DNA of 64,000 nt, taken from an uncultured Myxococcales bacterium. GTDB taxonomy: Bacteria; UBA10199; 2-02-FULL-44-16; JAAZCA01. Shown piece by piece: positions 40,813 to 51,253 of the stretch. Each line of letters opens with the position of its first letter. The stretch's first letter is position 1. Where the stretch lies: positions 3,367 to 67,366 of the forward strand of contig CAYZSU010000002.1 in assembly GCA_964480565.1 (NCBI GenBank), given 5' to 3'. Under the pieces are notes generated by a model, which had not been told where the DNA came from, did no database searches, and saw only the letters and a program-made list of their open reading frames with translations. Made by a program: the position numbers and the translations under genes.

Positions 40813-42558
40813 ATGACAATTGCAATCCATGTCACCCATGAAGCCATTGGAAAAATCGGCGGCATTGGGGCTGTACTTGAAGGCTTATTGCCTACTCCCA
40901 TATATCAAAAAACATTTCCAACAACCCTGCTCTATACGCCTTTATTCACAAAAGATGCCTTGCTTGAAAATCGCTTGGGCGATAATGCAGAGGTTCTATA
41001 TTCCAGCATTGACAAGTATGATAGCGATCACTGGTCTGATATATTTGCCCCCATTCAATCCATGTATGGCATTCATATTGTCTATGGTAAAAAAACATAT
41101 CAGCCTGCAGGGTCGCAATTGCAAACAGTCACTGATATTTTAGCGGTGGACATCGCTGATATGACGCCAAAATCCATCGATGCATTTAAGTATGCACTTT
41201 GGCAGCATTTTCAATTTCGCTCAGATAAATACAGCGCAGACACTGACTTTGAGCAGTTCTTACGCTTAGGAATTCCATTAACAGCCATTTTAGACAGCCT
41301 TTATCCAGAGCAGGCCGCACACATATTCTCACACGAATACATGGGTATGCCATCGGCATTGGCCATTAAGATCGCTCAAAAAAATAACTGCCGCATGCAG
41401 GATAAAACAATCTTCTATGCACATGAAATATGTACAGCCAGATCCATTGTTGAAAACCATCCTGGGCATGATCTATCATTTTATAATCTTTTGAATGCAG
41501 ATACTAGCGATGGCATTTCTATGGAAGATGAGTTTGAATCCTTTGCGCATTACTCGCGTAGCGAATTGGTCAAGCTTGCCTGCGAACTCGATCATATCTA
41601 TGCAGTAAGTGATATTACCAAACGCGAGTATCAATATCTTTGTCCTCATGTGGATATAGATAAAATTCATACTGTCTACAATGGCATTTCATACAATCAT
41701 ATTCCTTATAAGGAAAAACAAAAAAGCCAGCGATTGATCAAAACATATTGCGAATCATTGTTTAACTTTAAACCGGATTTTATTTTCACCCATGTCACGC
41801 GCCTGGTGCCGAGTAAAGCAATTTGGCGAGATATCCGTTTACTAGAGAGCCTCGACAAACACTTTGCAGCCAATCGTAAAAAGGGAGTTTTCATTTTACT
41901 CTCTACATTGATGGGTAATGGCCGCTGCAATGACGATGTACATCAAATGGAATTTGAATACGGTTGGCCCGTACTTCATAAAGAAGGATGGCCCGATCTT
42001 GTTTATTCTGAAGTTGACATCTACCGCTCACTGGAAATTTTCAATGCGCGATCGCAAGCCATCAAAGGAGTTTTCTTAAATCAATTTGGTTTTGATCGTT
42101 TACGCTGTGGCATGCGTATTCCAGAAAAAGCCAATTTTCTCCATTTACGCCAAGCCTCGGACCTTGAATTTGGAATGTCCATTTATGAACCTTTTGGCAT
42201 TGCCCAACTGGAAACACTTCCTTATGGAGGACGACCCGTAGTAAGCAGTGTATGTGGTTGTGCCTCCCTATTAAAACAGCATATGGAAAACAATGATCAC
42301 TTTATTATTGATTTCACCAAAGTGCCGGCCAAATTACAAAATGCCTTTCAGCATAAAAATGACTATAAACATATTTCAACTCAGCTACGTGATTTAGTAG
42401 AAACAGAAATTTGTAATGATGTTAGCGGGCAGTTATTTGAGGCATTGCCACACAATCAAATCAGCCGTCAAGCCATCTATGAACATATGCAGGATTATGC
42501 CAAACGATTGGATTGGAACGAAATCGCAGTCAATGTATGCAGCCCTTTTTCCAAATAA
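40813..42558 (+). CDS. Glycogen synthase, eukaryotic-type (GT3 family). Start ATG at 40813 with a GGGGGA Shine-Dalgarno sequence.
   Basis: N-terminal IHVTHEAIGKIGGIGAV matches the GT3 FEVAWEVANKVGGIYTV block. FGMSIYEPFGIAQLETLPYGGRPVVSSVCG matches GYS YYEPWGYTPAEC...G.PSVTTNLSGFG. Confidence 0.65.
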   Translation: MTIAIHVTHEAIGKIGGIGAVLEGLLPTPIYQKTFPTTLLYTPLFTKDALLENRLGDNAEVLYSSIDKYDSDHWSDIFAPIQSMYGIHIVYGKKTYQPAGSQLQTVTDILAVDIADMTPKSIDAFKYALWQHFQFRSDKYSADTDFEQFLRLGIPLTAILDSLYPEQAAHIFSHEYMGMPSALAIKIAQKNNCRMQDKTIFYAHEICTARSIVENHPGHDLSFYNLLNADTSDGISMEDEFESFAHYSRSELVKLACELDHIYAVSDITKREYQYLCPHVDIDKIHTVYNGISYNHIPYKEKQKSQRLIKTYCESLFNFKPDFIFTHVTRLVPSKAIWRDIRLLESLDKHFAANRKKGVFILLSTLMGNGRCNDDVHQMEFEYGWPVLHKEGWPDLVYSEVDIYRSLEIFNARSQAIKGVFLNQFGFDRLRCGMRIPEKANFLHLRQASDLEFGMSIYEPFGIAQLETLPYGGRPVVSSVCGCASLLKQHMENNDHFIIDFTKVPAKLQNAFQHKNDYKHISTQLRDLVETEICNDVSGQLFEALPHNQISRQAIYEHMQDYAKRLDWNEIAVNVCSPFSK

Positions 42559-42618
42559 ATTGCATTATATCTAATGAGATTACCTACAAAACAGCCATGT
42601 TGTAGGCAGTTCCATTAT

Positions 42619-42668
42619 GTGCAATCATGTGCAATCATGTGCAAAAGTGTGCAAAAGTGTGCAAAAAT
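42619..42668 (+). repeat. Five tandem 10-bp repeats GTGCAA(T/A)(C/A)(A/G)T, about 80 bp upstream of the TPR lipoprotein start
   Basis: GTGCAATCAT GTGCAATCAT GTGCAAAAGT GTGCAAAAGT GTGCAAAAAT. One helical turn per unit. Confidence 0.8.
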
Positions 42669-42748
42669 CAGTACAATTATCATTTTTTCTTGCCAAAAAA
42701 TCTCCATAGTCTATGACTCAAGAAACGACGAATAACGATGGAGAAACT

Positions 42749-43828
42749 ATGAACACTCATTATGCATGGATTGGCATTATTATCGCAATATTATGCAGCG
42801 TAACAGCATGCAATAGTGATAAAATTTTAGGAGATCAATCACGTATTGCAGGTACTAATAAAGGTTATCAAGAAAATGACAAATATCAATATGCAAAATC
42901 CTTATATGAGCAAGAGCAATATGCAGAAGCACTGGATTCATTTATAGAACTCGGGCACATATATCAAAAAAATGCGACTATTTTTAACTATATCGGCTTA
43001 TGCTACTATCATCTGGATAATTACGATCACGCATTAAAAAATTATAATCGCGCTAGCAGCTTATCACCCTTTTATGCAACACCGCTTCACAATATGGGGG
43101 TAATTTACCTTGAAAAAAATAATTATGAAACAGCCCTTGAGTATTTTTCAAAAGCAATTGCATGTGAAAAAGAAGATGATCCTTATACAGGAACTTATAT
43201 ATTGCGTGCGCGCGTTTTTTATTACTTGGAACAGTCTGTTAATGCACTCTCGGATTTAAGCACAGCAATTGAATTAGACCCAACATCCATACACGCCTAT
43301 GCATCACGTGCTGGCATATATCGACGCATGGGAGATTTTAACTCCGCACTCAATGATGCAAATACAATTATTCAAATGGATGATACGGAGATTGATGGTT
43401 ATATTTCCAGGGCATGGATCTATGCCAGCATGGATGATATTGATCAAGCAATCGATGAATTTGATATTGTTTACTCACATGCATCACCCAGTAAAATCCC
43501 AGTTCACAAATTGGCGCTTGTTGAAATGTTGATCATATTCAATCACTATGACAAAGCAATAGAGCAATTATTGTCACTTGAGCAAGAAAGCAACTTAGCT
43601 GAGAAAATAAACATTTTAATCAACTATCATCACGCCATACTTGCAAAAGTACAAAATAAAGACACAACACCATATGATCAATATTTAAATGATATGGCGA
43701 CAACCCCCATTACTCTTCACTGGAACTTTCATCTTATTGAAGAATGGTTAGACACTGTAAACTTACCAGAACACACCATTGACTATATTCGCGACAAAAC
43801 AGAGTGGATGCAGCATAAATTTTACTAG
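42749..43828 (+). CDS. TPR-repeat lipoprotein
   Basis: Lipobox ILCSVTAC. Several TPR units. GGAG Shine-Dalgarno sequence upstream of the ATG at 42749. Confidence 0.55.
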   Translation: MNTHYAWIGIIIAILCSVTACNSDKILGDQSRIAGTNKGYQENDKYQYAKSLYEQEQYAEALDSFIELGHIYQKNATIFNYIGLCYYHLDNYDHALKNYNRASSLSPFYATPLHNMGVIYLEKNNYETALEYFSKAIACEKEDDPYTGTYILRARVFYYLEQSVNALSDLSTAIELDPTSIHAYASRAGIYRRMGDFNSALNDANTIIQMDDTEIDGYISRAWIYASMDDIDQAIDEFDIVYSHASPSKIPVHKLALVEMLIIFNHYDKAIEQLLSLEQESNLAEKINILINYHHAILAKVQNKDTTPYDQYLNDMATTPITLHWNFHLIEEWLDTVNLPEHTIDYIRDKTEWMQHKFY

Positions 43829-44040
43829 GGCGTGTCCTCAATTCGTTTAAGAATCCACTAAATGCGTATAAATAGGCAAAAAAAGAAATTAATTCCCTAA
43901 TGCCATACATTTTTTGTCATCATCGGACTTGATCCGATGATCCATGAAACAACTGTAAACACTGGATTATCGGGTCAAGCCCGATAATGACAGATATTTA
44001 GATGTTCAATTGAGGATACGCCTTAAACCATCACTTAAAA

Positions 44041-44085
44041 TAAAAAAACCGCCATATATAATCATTCATATATGACGGGTTTTAT
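44041..44085. terminator. Bidirectional rho-independent terminator between convergent genes
   Basis: AAAAAAA-CCGCCATATAT...ATATATGaCGG-GTTTTATTT: imperfect palindrome flanked by an A-tract and a T-tract. Confidence 0.5.
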
Positions 44086-44102
44086 TTATAAAAGTAAAAT
44101 TA

Positions 44103-46700
44103 TTACCCCTTCCATTTCACATATTCAGGAAATACATGATGAAACAATGCATCGTTTGGCACAATTCGAACACCCGTTTCCTGCAATCCTGATCCTTTTA
44201 TATCTAGCTCAATATTATATTTCGCAACTTTATCATCATATGTTTCAACATATGTCATGGGCATATATTTATAGTCATTTAGACCTGCTCCATACTGATA
44301 AAACAGCTCTACATTAAATAAAGACATATCTGTATCACCTGTAAACACATAGCTATCAATCACAAGATGACCCTCTGTATGCAAACTCTTTTCATCCAAA
44401 ATTGGGAAAAAATCACGAATATGAACATCTGACCAATAGCGATCAATCAGTTCTTTATGCGCGAGTAAACGCTTTAATAGCTCCCCCTTATTATGGGTAA
44501 TGCGACTAGCCATATCCATCTGTGGCAAGTAAAAGCGATACAAATAATCTCGCACTGCGCGATGCATATTAAAACCCGACGATACTGTGGCAATAGATCG
44601 CTTCATCATGGATATCCACTTTGTCGGCACATCACCTTCACCACGATCATAGTATGTGGATGTAATATCATTTTCCAATAATTCGTAAATTTGATTGGCT
44701 TCCGCTTCATCAGCAATGTCATTATTGCAACACTCTTCACCCGCATTAATTGCCCAACCATTACTACCATCATAGGCTTCTGGCCACCAGCCATCAAGCA
44801 CACTAAAGTTCAATACACCATTAATACCGGCCTTCATCCCAGATGTACCGCTTGCTTCCATGGGTTTACGTGGATTATTCAACCATACATCCACACCCTG
44901 AACTAAATGACGACCAATATTAATATCATAATCTTCTACAAAAACGACATGATTCTCTACTGGATAGTCATTGATAAATTGAAAAATACGTTTAATTAAA
45001 TCCTTGCCAATACCATCTGCAGGATGTGCTTTCCCCGCAAATACAAGTTGCACAGGCCGTTCAGGGTTAGTTAGGATAGCGGCCAATCGCTCTGGGTCCA
45101 TAAAAATTAAATTCGCCCGTTTATATGCGGCAAAACGCCTTGCAAAACCAATGGTTAAATATTCTGGATTCAAGATACTACTGATATCCATTCGTTTGCC
45201 CTTACCAATGCCACGGTGCTTCGCCATTTTACGAAGTCGCCTACGAATAAATGATACATTTTGTTCTTTTCGACGTCGATGCGCATTCCATATTTCATTA
45301 TCTGGAATTGTATCCACCTTTTCCCATAATGAATCACTTTCCGCATTATGTAGATAATCAGGCCCCACATAGCGATCAAATAATTCAGCAAGCTGCAAAC
45401 TCAGCCAACTTTGAATATGCACACCATTGGTCACGCCTTCAATTGGATACTCCGTAGTATGGCGATTGGGATATAAGCCCTTCCACATACCCCGCGATAC
45501 TTCGGCATGCAATTCAGATACGGCATTGGCTTTTCGTGAAAATTGAAGCGCCAATGCAGATAATGAAAATGAGGCATCCTTAAAGACAATTTTCTTTGTC
45601 TTTTTATCATCTGAAACCATCTCTATTTTTTCTGTATTAACTTTTCCAAAGCATAATAAATCGTTCATGGAGATATGCAGCTCATTCGCAACAGGAGCTA
45701 AGTAATCTTGAATCAATTCATCATCAAAACTTTCATTTCCAGCAATTACCGGCGTATGCGTGGTAAACACAGTGCTGTATTGAATAGTCAGCTTTGCTTC
45801 TTCCATGGAATAACCTTTTTTGGTTAAACTCAATAATCGCTCAAAAATACTAAATGCCGTATGCCCTTCATTTAAATGATAGACTTTAGGAGTAATACCC
45901 AATGCGTTCATCGCAATGATACTACCACGCCCCACCAAGAGCTCCTGCTCTAAGCGCACACGACGATCCGAATCATACAACCGTGATGTAATATAACGAT
46001 GTTCAGGCTTATTTTTTTGAATATTCGTATCCAGTAAATACAGTGGCACTCGACCTACCTGAATCTTCCAGACCTTTGCATATATAATATCTTTTTTAAG
46101 AGGCACTTCAATTATAAGTGGCGTTTGATCGTCATTGAATACCTCTGAAATCGCCCGAAGATACCATTGTTGATCTTGATATTCCTCTACCTGAGTACCG
46201 TCTACAGAAATTTGCTGACCAAAATACCCCACGCCATACTTCAATCCAAAGCTCACCATATTACAACCAATATCAGAAGCTGCCTTTAAATGGTCCCCAG
46301 CTAAAATTCCTAAACCGCCAGAATATCCTGGAATCGATTCATGCAATCCATACTCCATACATAAATAGACGATCACATCATCGGATGAAAATGGTTTTGT
46401 TTCGCCATTTTCTTTGTATACACCTTCAAAGTTCATATAGCGTTTAAATTTATCATAGACGCTATTAACCTCATATATAAATCCTTCATCCTGAGCTATT
46501 TCATTTAAGCGCATTTCACCCACATTAAAGAGTACATCGATGGGACTATGATTGTGCTCCCGAAACAACTGCGGATTAATACGGTGAAACAATCGCTGAG
46601 CATCTTTATCCCAGCAAGACCATACATTCATTGCAATTTCGCACAATGGATTTAGTGAATCAGGTATGGTGGGCTTTACAAAAAAAGAGCATAAATCCAT
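44103..46700 (-). CDS. glgP: Alpha-glucan family phosphorylase (GT35, with DUF3417-type N-terminus)
   Basis: PLP-site block ASGTSGMKAGINGVLNFSVLDGWW. GT35 length and conserved blocks. Confidence 0.85.
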   Translation of the reverse strand: MDLCSFFVKPTIPDSLNPLCEIAMNVWSCWDKDAQRLFHRINPQLFREHNHSPIDVLFNVGEMRLNEIAQDEGFIYEVNSVYDKFKRYMNFEGVYKENGETKPFSSDDVIVYLCMEYGLHESIPGYSGGLGILAGDHLKAASDIGCNMVSFGLKYGVGYFGQQISVDGTQVEEYQDQQWYLRAISEVFNDDQTPLIIEVPLKKDIIYAKVWKIQVGRVPLYLLDTNIQKNKPEHRYITSRLYDSDRRVRLEQELLVGRGSIIAMNALGITPKVYHLNEGHTAFSIFERLLSLTKKGYSMEEAKLTIQYSTVFTTHTPVIAGNESFDDELIQDYLAPVANELHISMNDLLCFGKVNTEKIEMVSDDKKTKKIVFKDASFSLSALALQFSRKANAVSELHAEVSRGMWKGLYPNRHTTEYPIEGVTNGVHIQSWLSLQLAELFDRYVGPDYLHNAESDSLWEKVDTIPDNEIWNAHRRRKEQNVSFIRRRLRKMAKHRGIGKGKRMDISSILNPEYLTIGFARRFAAYKRANLIFMDPERLAAILTNPERPVQLVFAGKAHPADGIGKDLIKRIFQFINDYPVENHVVFVEDYDINIGRHLVQGVDVWLNNPRKPMEASGTSGMKAGINGVLNFSVLDGWWPEAYDGSNGWAINAGEECCNNDIADEAEANQIYELLENDITSTYYDRGEGDVPTKWISMMKRSIATVSSGFNMHRAVRDYLYRFYLPQMDMASRITHNKGELLKRLLAHKELIDRYWSDVHIRDFFPILDEKSLHTEGHLVIDSYVFTGDTDMSLFNVELFYQYGAGLNDYKYMPMTYVETYDDKVAKYNIELDIKGSGLQETGVRIVPNDALFHHVFPEYVKWKG

Positions 46701-46741
46701 AACAATCTCCCCTGTTATTTTTTTAAATTATATCTATATAA

Positions 46742-47935
46742 TTATAAGCGCTCGCGCAAATAGGCCACTGCATTCATGAAGAACATATAGGCTTGATGTG
46801 GTGTTTGATATGGTGAAAAGTATTTATGCACATCGCCATCTTGAAAATATTTTGTACACATATAATAGTAATGATCGGATGTGGATAGTCGACGCGCTGA
46901 TTCCATTAAATCGGTACGTCCTTTTTCTTTAATTTCACGAAATACATCATAAAATGATTCAATGGCATTATGCTGTAAATCATTTTCCAACCATGCCGAT
47001 AAATCACGTTCTGTATCTGCCCATGATACTGGATAGGGATAAGATAGCACTTCAGGCGCATAATTAAGAATATCAATAGCATCCGAAGGCCAAGCAAATG
47101 ACATATGCGGGTATTTAAATACCTGTTTGGGTAAATCACGCATAAAATCAAAAATACCTGTTTCTGCCCATTGATGCTCACCAAAGGTTTCATAATCCAT
47201 AAATAAGTTAGCAAATAAATGTTTATCCCCATGCTCAACCAAACTTAATTTAGATAGCCATTGTGAAAATTTATCCGCAGTTAACGGAAATTCTGGCCAC
47301 GCACGATTTGAAAATCGAAATGCAATATCATCTGCTAAACTATAATATTTTAACATCAGCAGCATATGATGATTTTGTGCCATATACGCATATAATGGTG
47401 AACGCCAGCCTAAAATTTTCTCCACACCTTCTGCTAAAATGACTTTAAAATCAGCCTCTTCCCACACTAAATTTGAAATTGCATCCTGATAAATCAGCTC
47501 TGTATTTCGAAATACAACAGGATCATATCCGAATTCATCCTGCATCAATTGTTTGTGCATACGGACTTGTGTTAAAAATTCTTCTTGATCATAAAAAAAT
47601 GACAATGAATGATAATATGTTTCACCAATAAATTCCACACATCCTGTACGTGCCAATTCTTTGAAAGATTCTAGCACTTCTGGATAATATTTTCGAAATT
47701 GCTCAATCGCCACACCTGTCACTGAAAATGCGATTTTTACACGCCCTTCATAACGATCGATGAGCTCTTTTAATAATTTATTAGTAGGTAAATAGCACTT
47801 ATCACCAACTTTTCGAACCACAGAAGCATTTAGCTTCTCATCGAATAAATCTGTATCTCGTCCAATATCCAATACATTTAAATGTCTGACTCGATAGGGT
47901 TGGTGAACTTGAAAGTAAAAGACTATATGGAGCAT
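46742..47935 (-). CDS. Glycoside hydrolase family 57 protein
   Basis: N-terminal FQVHQPYR signature of GH57. Confidence 0.7.
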   Translation of the reverse strand: MLHIVFYFQVHQPYRVRHLNVLDIGRDTDLFDEKLNASVVRKVGDKCYLPTNKLLKELIDRYEGRVKIAFSVTGVAIEQFRKYYPEVLESFKELARTGCVEFIGETYYHSLSFFYDQEEFLTQVRMHKQLMQDEFGYDPVVFRNTELIYQDAISNLVWEEADFKVILAEGVEKILGWRSPLYAYMAQNHHMLLMLKYYSLADDIAFRFSNRAWPEFPLTADKFSQWLSKLSLVEHGDKHLFANLFMDYETFGEHQWAETGIFDFMRDLPKQVFKYPHMSFAWPSDAIDILNYAPEVLSYPYPVSWADTERDLSAWLENDLQHNAIESFYDVFREIKEKGRTDLMESARRLSTSDHYYYMCTKYFQDGDVHKYFSPYQTPHQAYMFFMNAVAYLRERL

Positions 47936-49233
47936 ATGGTTTCCTTGTATACATCAATGGCTTTCACTGCAGCATCATACCAACCAATGGACAATGCTTC
48001 TTGTTGACCTGCTAGTGCAACGCTTTCTCTTTGTTTTGGATTTTCTAAAAGTTCTAAAATAACATTAGTCATCCGATCAATATCCCAGAAATCGATTTTA
48101 TAGGCATTGTGAATCACTTCTGACACACCGGACTGTTTTGACACAACAGCCACAGCGCCATAGGCCATAGCCTCTAAAGGAACGATCCCAAAAGGCTCTG
48201 AAACAGATGGCATAATAAAAATATCCGTTCCTGATAAAATCTCTTCCACTTGATCCCGATTTAAAAACCCACTAAACAGAAATCGATCTTTCAATCGCTT
48301 TGATGCTGAATTGTGTACCATACGATTAAACATATCACCACTACCTGCCATGACAAAACGCACATTGGGATATTTATCAAGCACGCGTCTGGCAACTTCT
48401 AAGAAATAGTCCGGTCCTTTTTGAATGGTGACTCGACCTAAAAAGAGCACCATGAGATCTTTAAATACTTTTCGCCGTTTTTTTCGAAGCGGTGACATCG
48501 AATAGGCATTATATACCACACGCACTTTTTTAGGATGAACCACATATCGATCCATAATCATTCGTGATGTATATTGTGACACTGAAATCACACGATCCGC
48601 AGAGGTTAGGCCCGCATATTCAATTTTATGAATTCGATCATCCCCCTCGCCACCAGAGCGATCAAATTCTGTGGCATGAATATGGGAAATCAATGGGATT
48701 TCCAATAGATCCTTTAACGGAACTGCGGCCGGATATGTCAACCAATCATGTGTATGAATCAAATCATACCCCAACAAGTTGTGCGCATTTTTCAATACTC
48801 GCTCTGTAAAAAATCGTACCTGCTTAAAAATATCCTCTTCGCCATATATATGTTCACTTAAATCATCGACCGCTTCCACTTTCCAATTAATTCGTTTATT
48901 TAAAATGCGATCTACTTTTTTTCGAATTTGTTGGGCAGGCGTCACATATGAATCAGGATACTGTTTATAGCCTAAATTAATCATGCGTTCCTGAACATCT
49001 TCACTCCAATTTTCTTCACAAATAGATTCCATTCGCTTGTCCATCGCAACATATGGCAAGTTATCCACATCATCCGGTGTACGTAATTGAAAAATGACAT
49101 TTTTTTCCGTGGGCAGTAGCATATCCACTTCCACGCCCAACTCCAAAAGTGCTCGGATTAATCCATAACATGCCATCCCCAATCCACCGGAAATAAATGG
49201 CGGAAATTCCCATGTTAGTAGCAGTATTTTCAT
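47923..49233 (-). CDS. Glycosyltransferase family 4 (GT-B), alpha-glucan-synthase-like
   Basis: MKILLLTWEFPPFISGGLG N-terminus and a C-terminal E-x7-E-like GT4 region. Confidence 0.7.
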   Translation of the reverse strand: MKILLLTWEFPPFISGGLGMACYGLIRALLELGVEVDMLLPTEKNVIFQLRTPDDVDNLPYVAMDKRMESICEENWSEDVQERMINLGYKQYPDSYVTPAQQIRKKVDRILNKRINWKVEAVDDLSEHIYGEEDIFKQVRFFTERVLKNAHNLLGYDLIHTHDWLTYPAAVPLKDLLEIPLISHIHATEFDRSGGEGDDRIHKIEYAGLTSADRVISVSQYTSRMIMDRYVVHPKKVRVVYNAYSMSPLRKKRRKVFKDLMVLFLGRVTIQKGPDYFLEVARRVLDKYPNVRFVMAGSGDMFNRMVHNSASKRLKDRFLFSGFLNRDQVEEILSGTDIFIMPSVSEPFGIVPLEAMAYGAVAVVSKQSGVSEVIHNAYKIDFWDIDRMTNVILELLENPKQRESVALAGQQEALSIGWYDAAVKAIDVYKETICSI

Positions 49234-49246
49234 GAATTCCCCTTAC

Positions 49247-51253
49247 CTATACATCCAATAGTAGATGTTCAATTTCCAATAGTGCAAATACATTTCTCGC
49301 ATATGCGCTACAACCTTTAGGCATGTATGGATCAATGCCATCCCATAGTTCTGCAACACTTGCCATCTCACCCTTTAAAAACCCATCCCGAAATACCCAT
49401 ACATATTCAGATAGGCGACGAATAATCAATTCTCGTTCCATTGTATTGGATAGCGCTTTTAATGCGAGCTTTACAAAGGGCAACATTAAAAATGGCCATA
49501 CAGTTCCTTGATGACATGCCAAGTTGCGTTGCCGCTCTCCACCCACATAGCGTTGCTTAAATGACGCATGATTTGGTTCTAAACTGCGAAGGCCATATGG
49601 CGTTAATAATCGCTCTTCTGCCAATTGCCAAATACGCTGCAGTTGATCTTTTTCTAAAAAATCAAACGGCAATGATGCTGCAATCACTGCATTTGGCCGA
49701 ATATCCCAAATCACACCTGTATTATCTATTCGATCCGCTAAGTAGTCATCTCCCATAAATCGCTGTAAGGACTGACGAACTTGATCACGAAGTTTTACAA
49801 TATCATCATATGTGGCATGAAGTGCATTGGATTGAAAGTCGGATAGTGTTAATGCGTCCGCCATCTCAATAAATGCACATAATCCATTATACCACAATGC
49901 ATTCACTTCAACAGGCTTGCCGCTACGCGGTGTCACTGGTTTTCCATTAATATCTGCATCCATCCATGTTAAAGCAAGATCATTATTGCGAATGCAGAGC
50001 AATCCATCCTCATCACAGAAAAATGGCAATGTCGCATCCAAATAATAATGAAGTACAATATCAACCATTGTTTGAAATAAAGCGCTATTTTTCAATTCAA
50101 ACGCGTGACTATGAATCAAAAACCATAGAGAAGCATCAATACTATTATAATTCCGTACTAAATTCTCTGATGCCAATTCATGTGGAATCAAACCATTTTT
50201 CTGTAAAGCCGCATATTTCTTTAATATCTGATGTGCAACCACTTTACCATTGGACGTATATTTCAAGCCACTCATACAGGTCATTGTATTCCGACCACTA
50301 AATGAATACCATGGATATCCCTTGGCAATATCACTCTTATTTACAATAAAATCATTGGCTGCAACCTCAAGCAATTGATAATAATCGGTTCGCTTAAAGG
50401 GCTCATTGTGCATAGCATTATGCGTTTCCAAATACGCATGCGCAGATGTGTTCTCAGGATGATCTTCCGGAGCAATCAATGATTTATAATGATGCTGCGC
50501 TTTTGCCACTTCAACCGCACAGTCTGTGACAGATGTATCAGAAAATAGCATCCACCGACTGGTATGTGGCTCCAAATGAATCATAATACGTACCGGTGAA
50601 ATTAAATCTTCAACAGATTGATAGCCGCGAGCAGCCTCAGTTGGGTAATAGATGGATTCGTAAATAGCCTTATCTTCCCATAGCTGCCCATCTTCAATAT
50701 ATCCAAATGCATTTATTTGATTATCTTCACGGCTTATTTGAAATGAATTTTCCTGAGCCTCATACGACAACTGTGTCCGATGCCATGTACCAGATAAGTT
50801 AATATCATAATGATTGCGCAAACTAAACTTTGGCCGGACAACTAAATCAATCGCTTGATCGCCAAGATTATTATATTTAACAACCACCGCATTTTTTCCC
50901 GGCACCATAAACAATTCACGTGAAATCATTAGATCCGGCATTGGCGGTGTTGTTGAATACACGGTACACGGATAGGGTCGCAACCATGTTTTTAATATTT
51001 GTGCATAGCCATGTGGAAAAATACAATTTGCATAATGGTTGGAATCCAAATGAAAGTTACTTCCTTCCAACTCAACCAACTCTTCCATACAGGATAAAAT
51101 ATGATGTTTATTTTCACTGTCCGTCGCTGCAATCAATAAACCATTATACTTTCGTTTATTGAGCATATTCCCAAAGCCAAGCGCATACCCGCCAATACCA
51201 TTGGTCAGCAGCCATTCTCTATCAGAAATTTTCTGAAAAGAACCACTTTTCAT
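49247..51253 (-). CDS. Amylo-alpha-1,6-glucosidase / glycogen debranching enzyme (archaeal type). Start ATG at 51253; the alternative ATG at 51271 runs through the poly-C/G tract.
   Basis: GDE N-terminal block EWLLTNGIGGYALG...RKYNGLL. C-terminal (alpha/alpha)6 barrel blocks. Confidence 0.8.
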   Translation of the reverse strand: MKSGSFQKISDREWLLTNGIGGYALGFGNMLNKRKYNGLLIAATDSENKHHILSCMEELVELEGSNFHLDSNHYANCIFPHGYAQILKTWLRPYPCTVYSTTPPMPDLMISRELFMVPGKNAVVVKYNNLGDQAIDLVVRPKFSLRNHYDINLSGTWHRTQLSYEAQENSFQISREDNQINAFGYIEDGQLWEDKAIYESIYYPTEAARGYQSVEDLISPVRIMIHLEPHTSRWMLFSDTSVTDCAVEVAKAQHHYKSLIAPEDHPENTSAHAYLETHNAMHNEPFKRTDYYQLLEVAANDFIVNKSDIAKGYPWYSFSGRNTMTCMSGLKYTSNGKVVAHQILKKYAALQKNGLIPHELASENLVRNYNSIDASLWFLIHSHAFELKNSALFQTMVDIVLHYYLDATLPFFCDEDGLLCIRNNDLALTWMDADINGKPVTPRSGKPVEVNALWYNGLCAFIEMADALTLSDFQSNALHATYDDIVKLRDQVRQSLQRFMGDDYLADRIDNTGVIWDIRPNAVIAASLPFDFLEKDQLQRIWQLAEERLLTPYGLRSLEPNHASFKQRYVGGERQRNLACHQGTVWPFLMLPFVKLALKALSNTMERELIIRRLSEYVWVFRDGFLKGEMASVAELWDGIDPYMPKGCSAYARNVFALLEIEHLLLDV

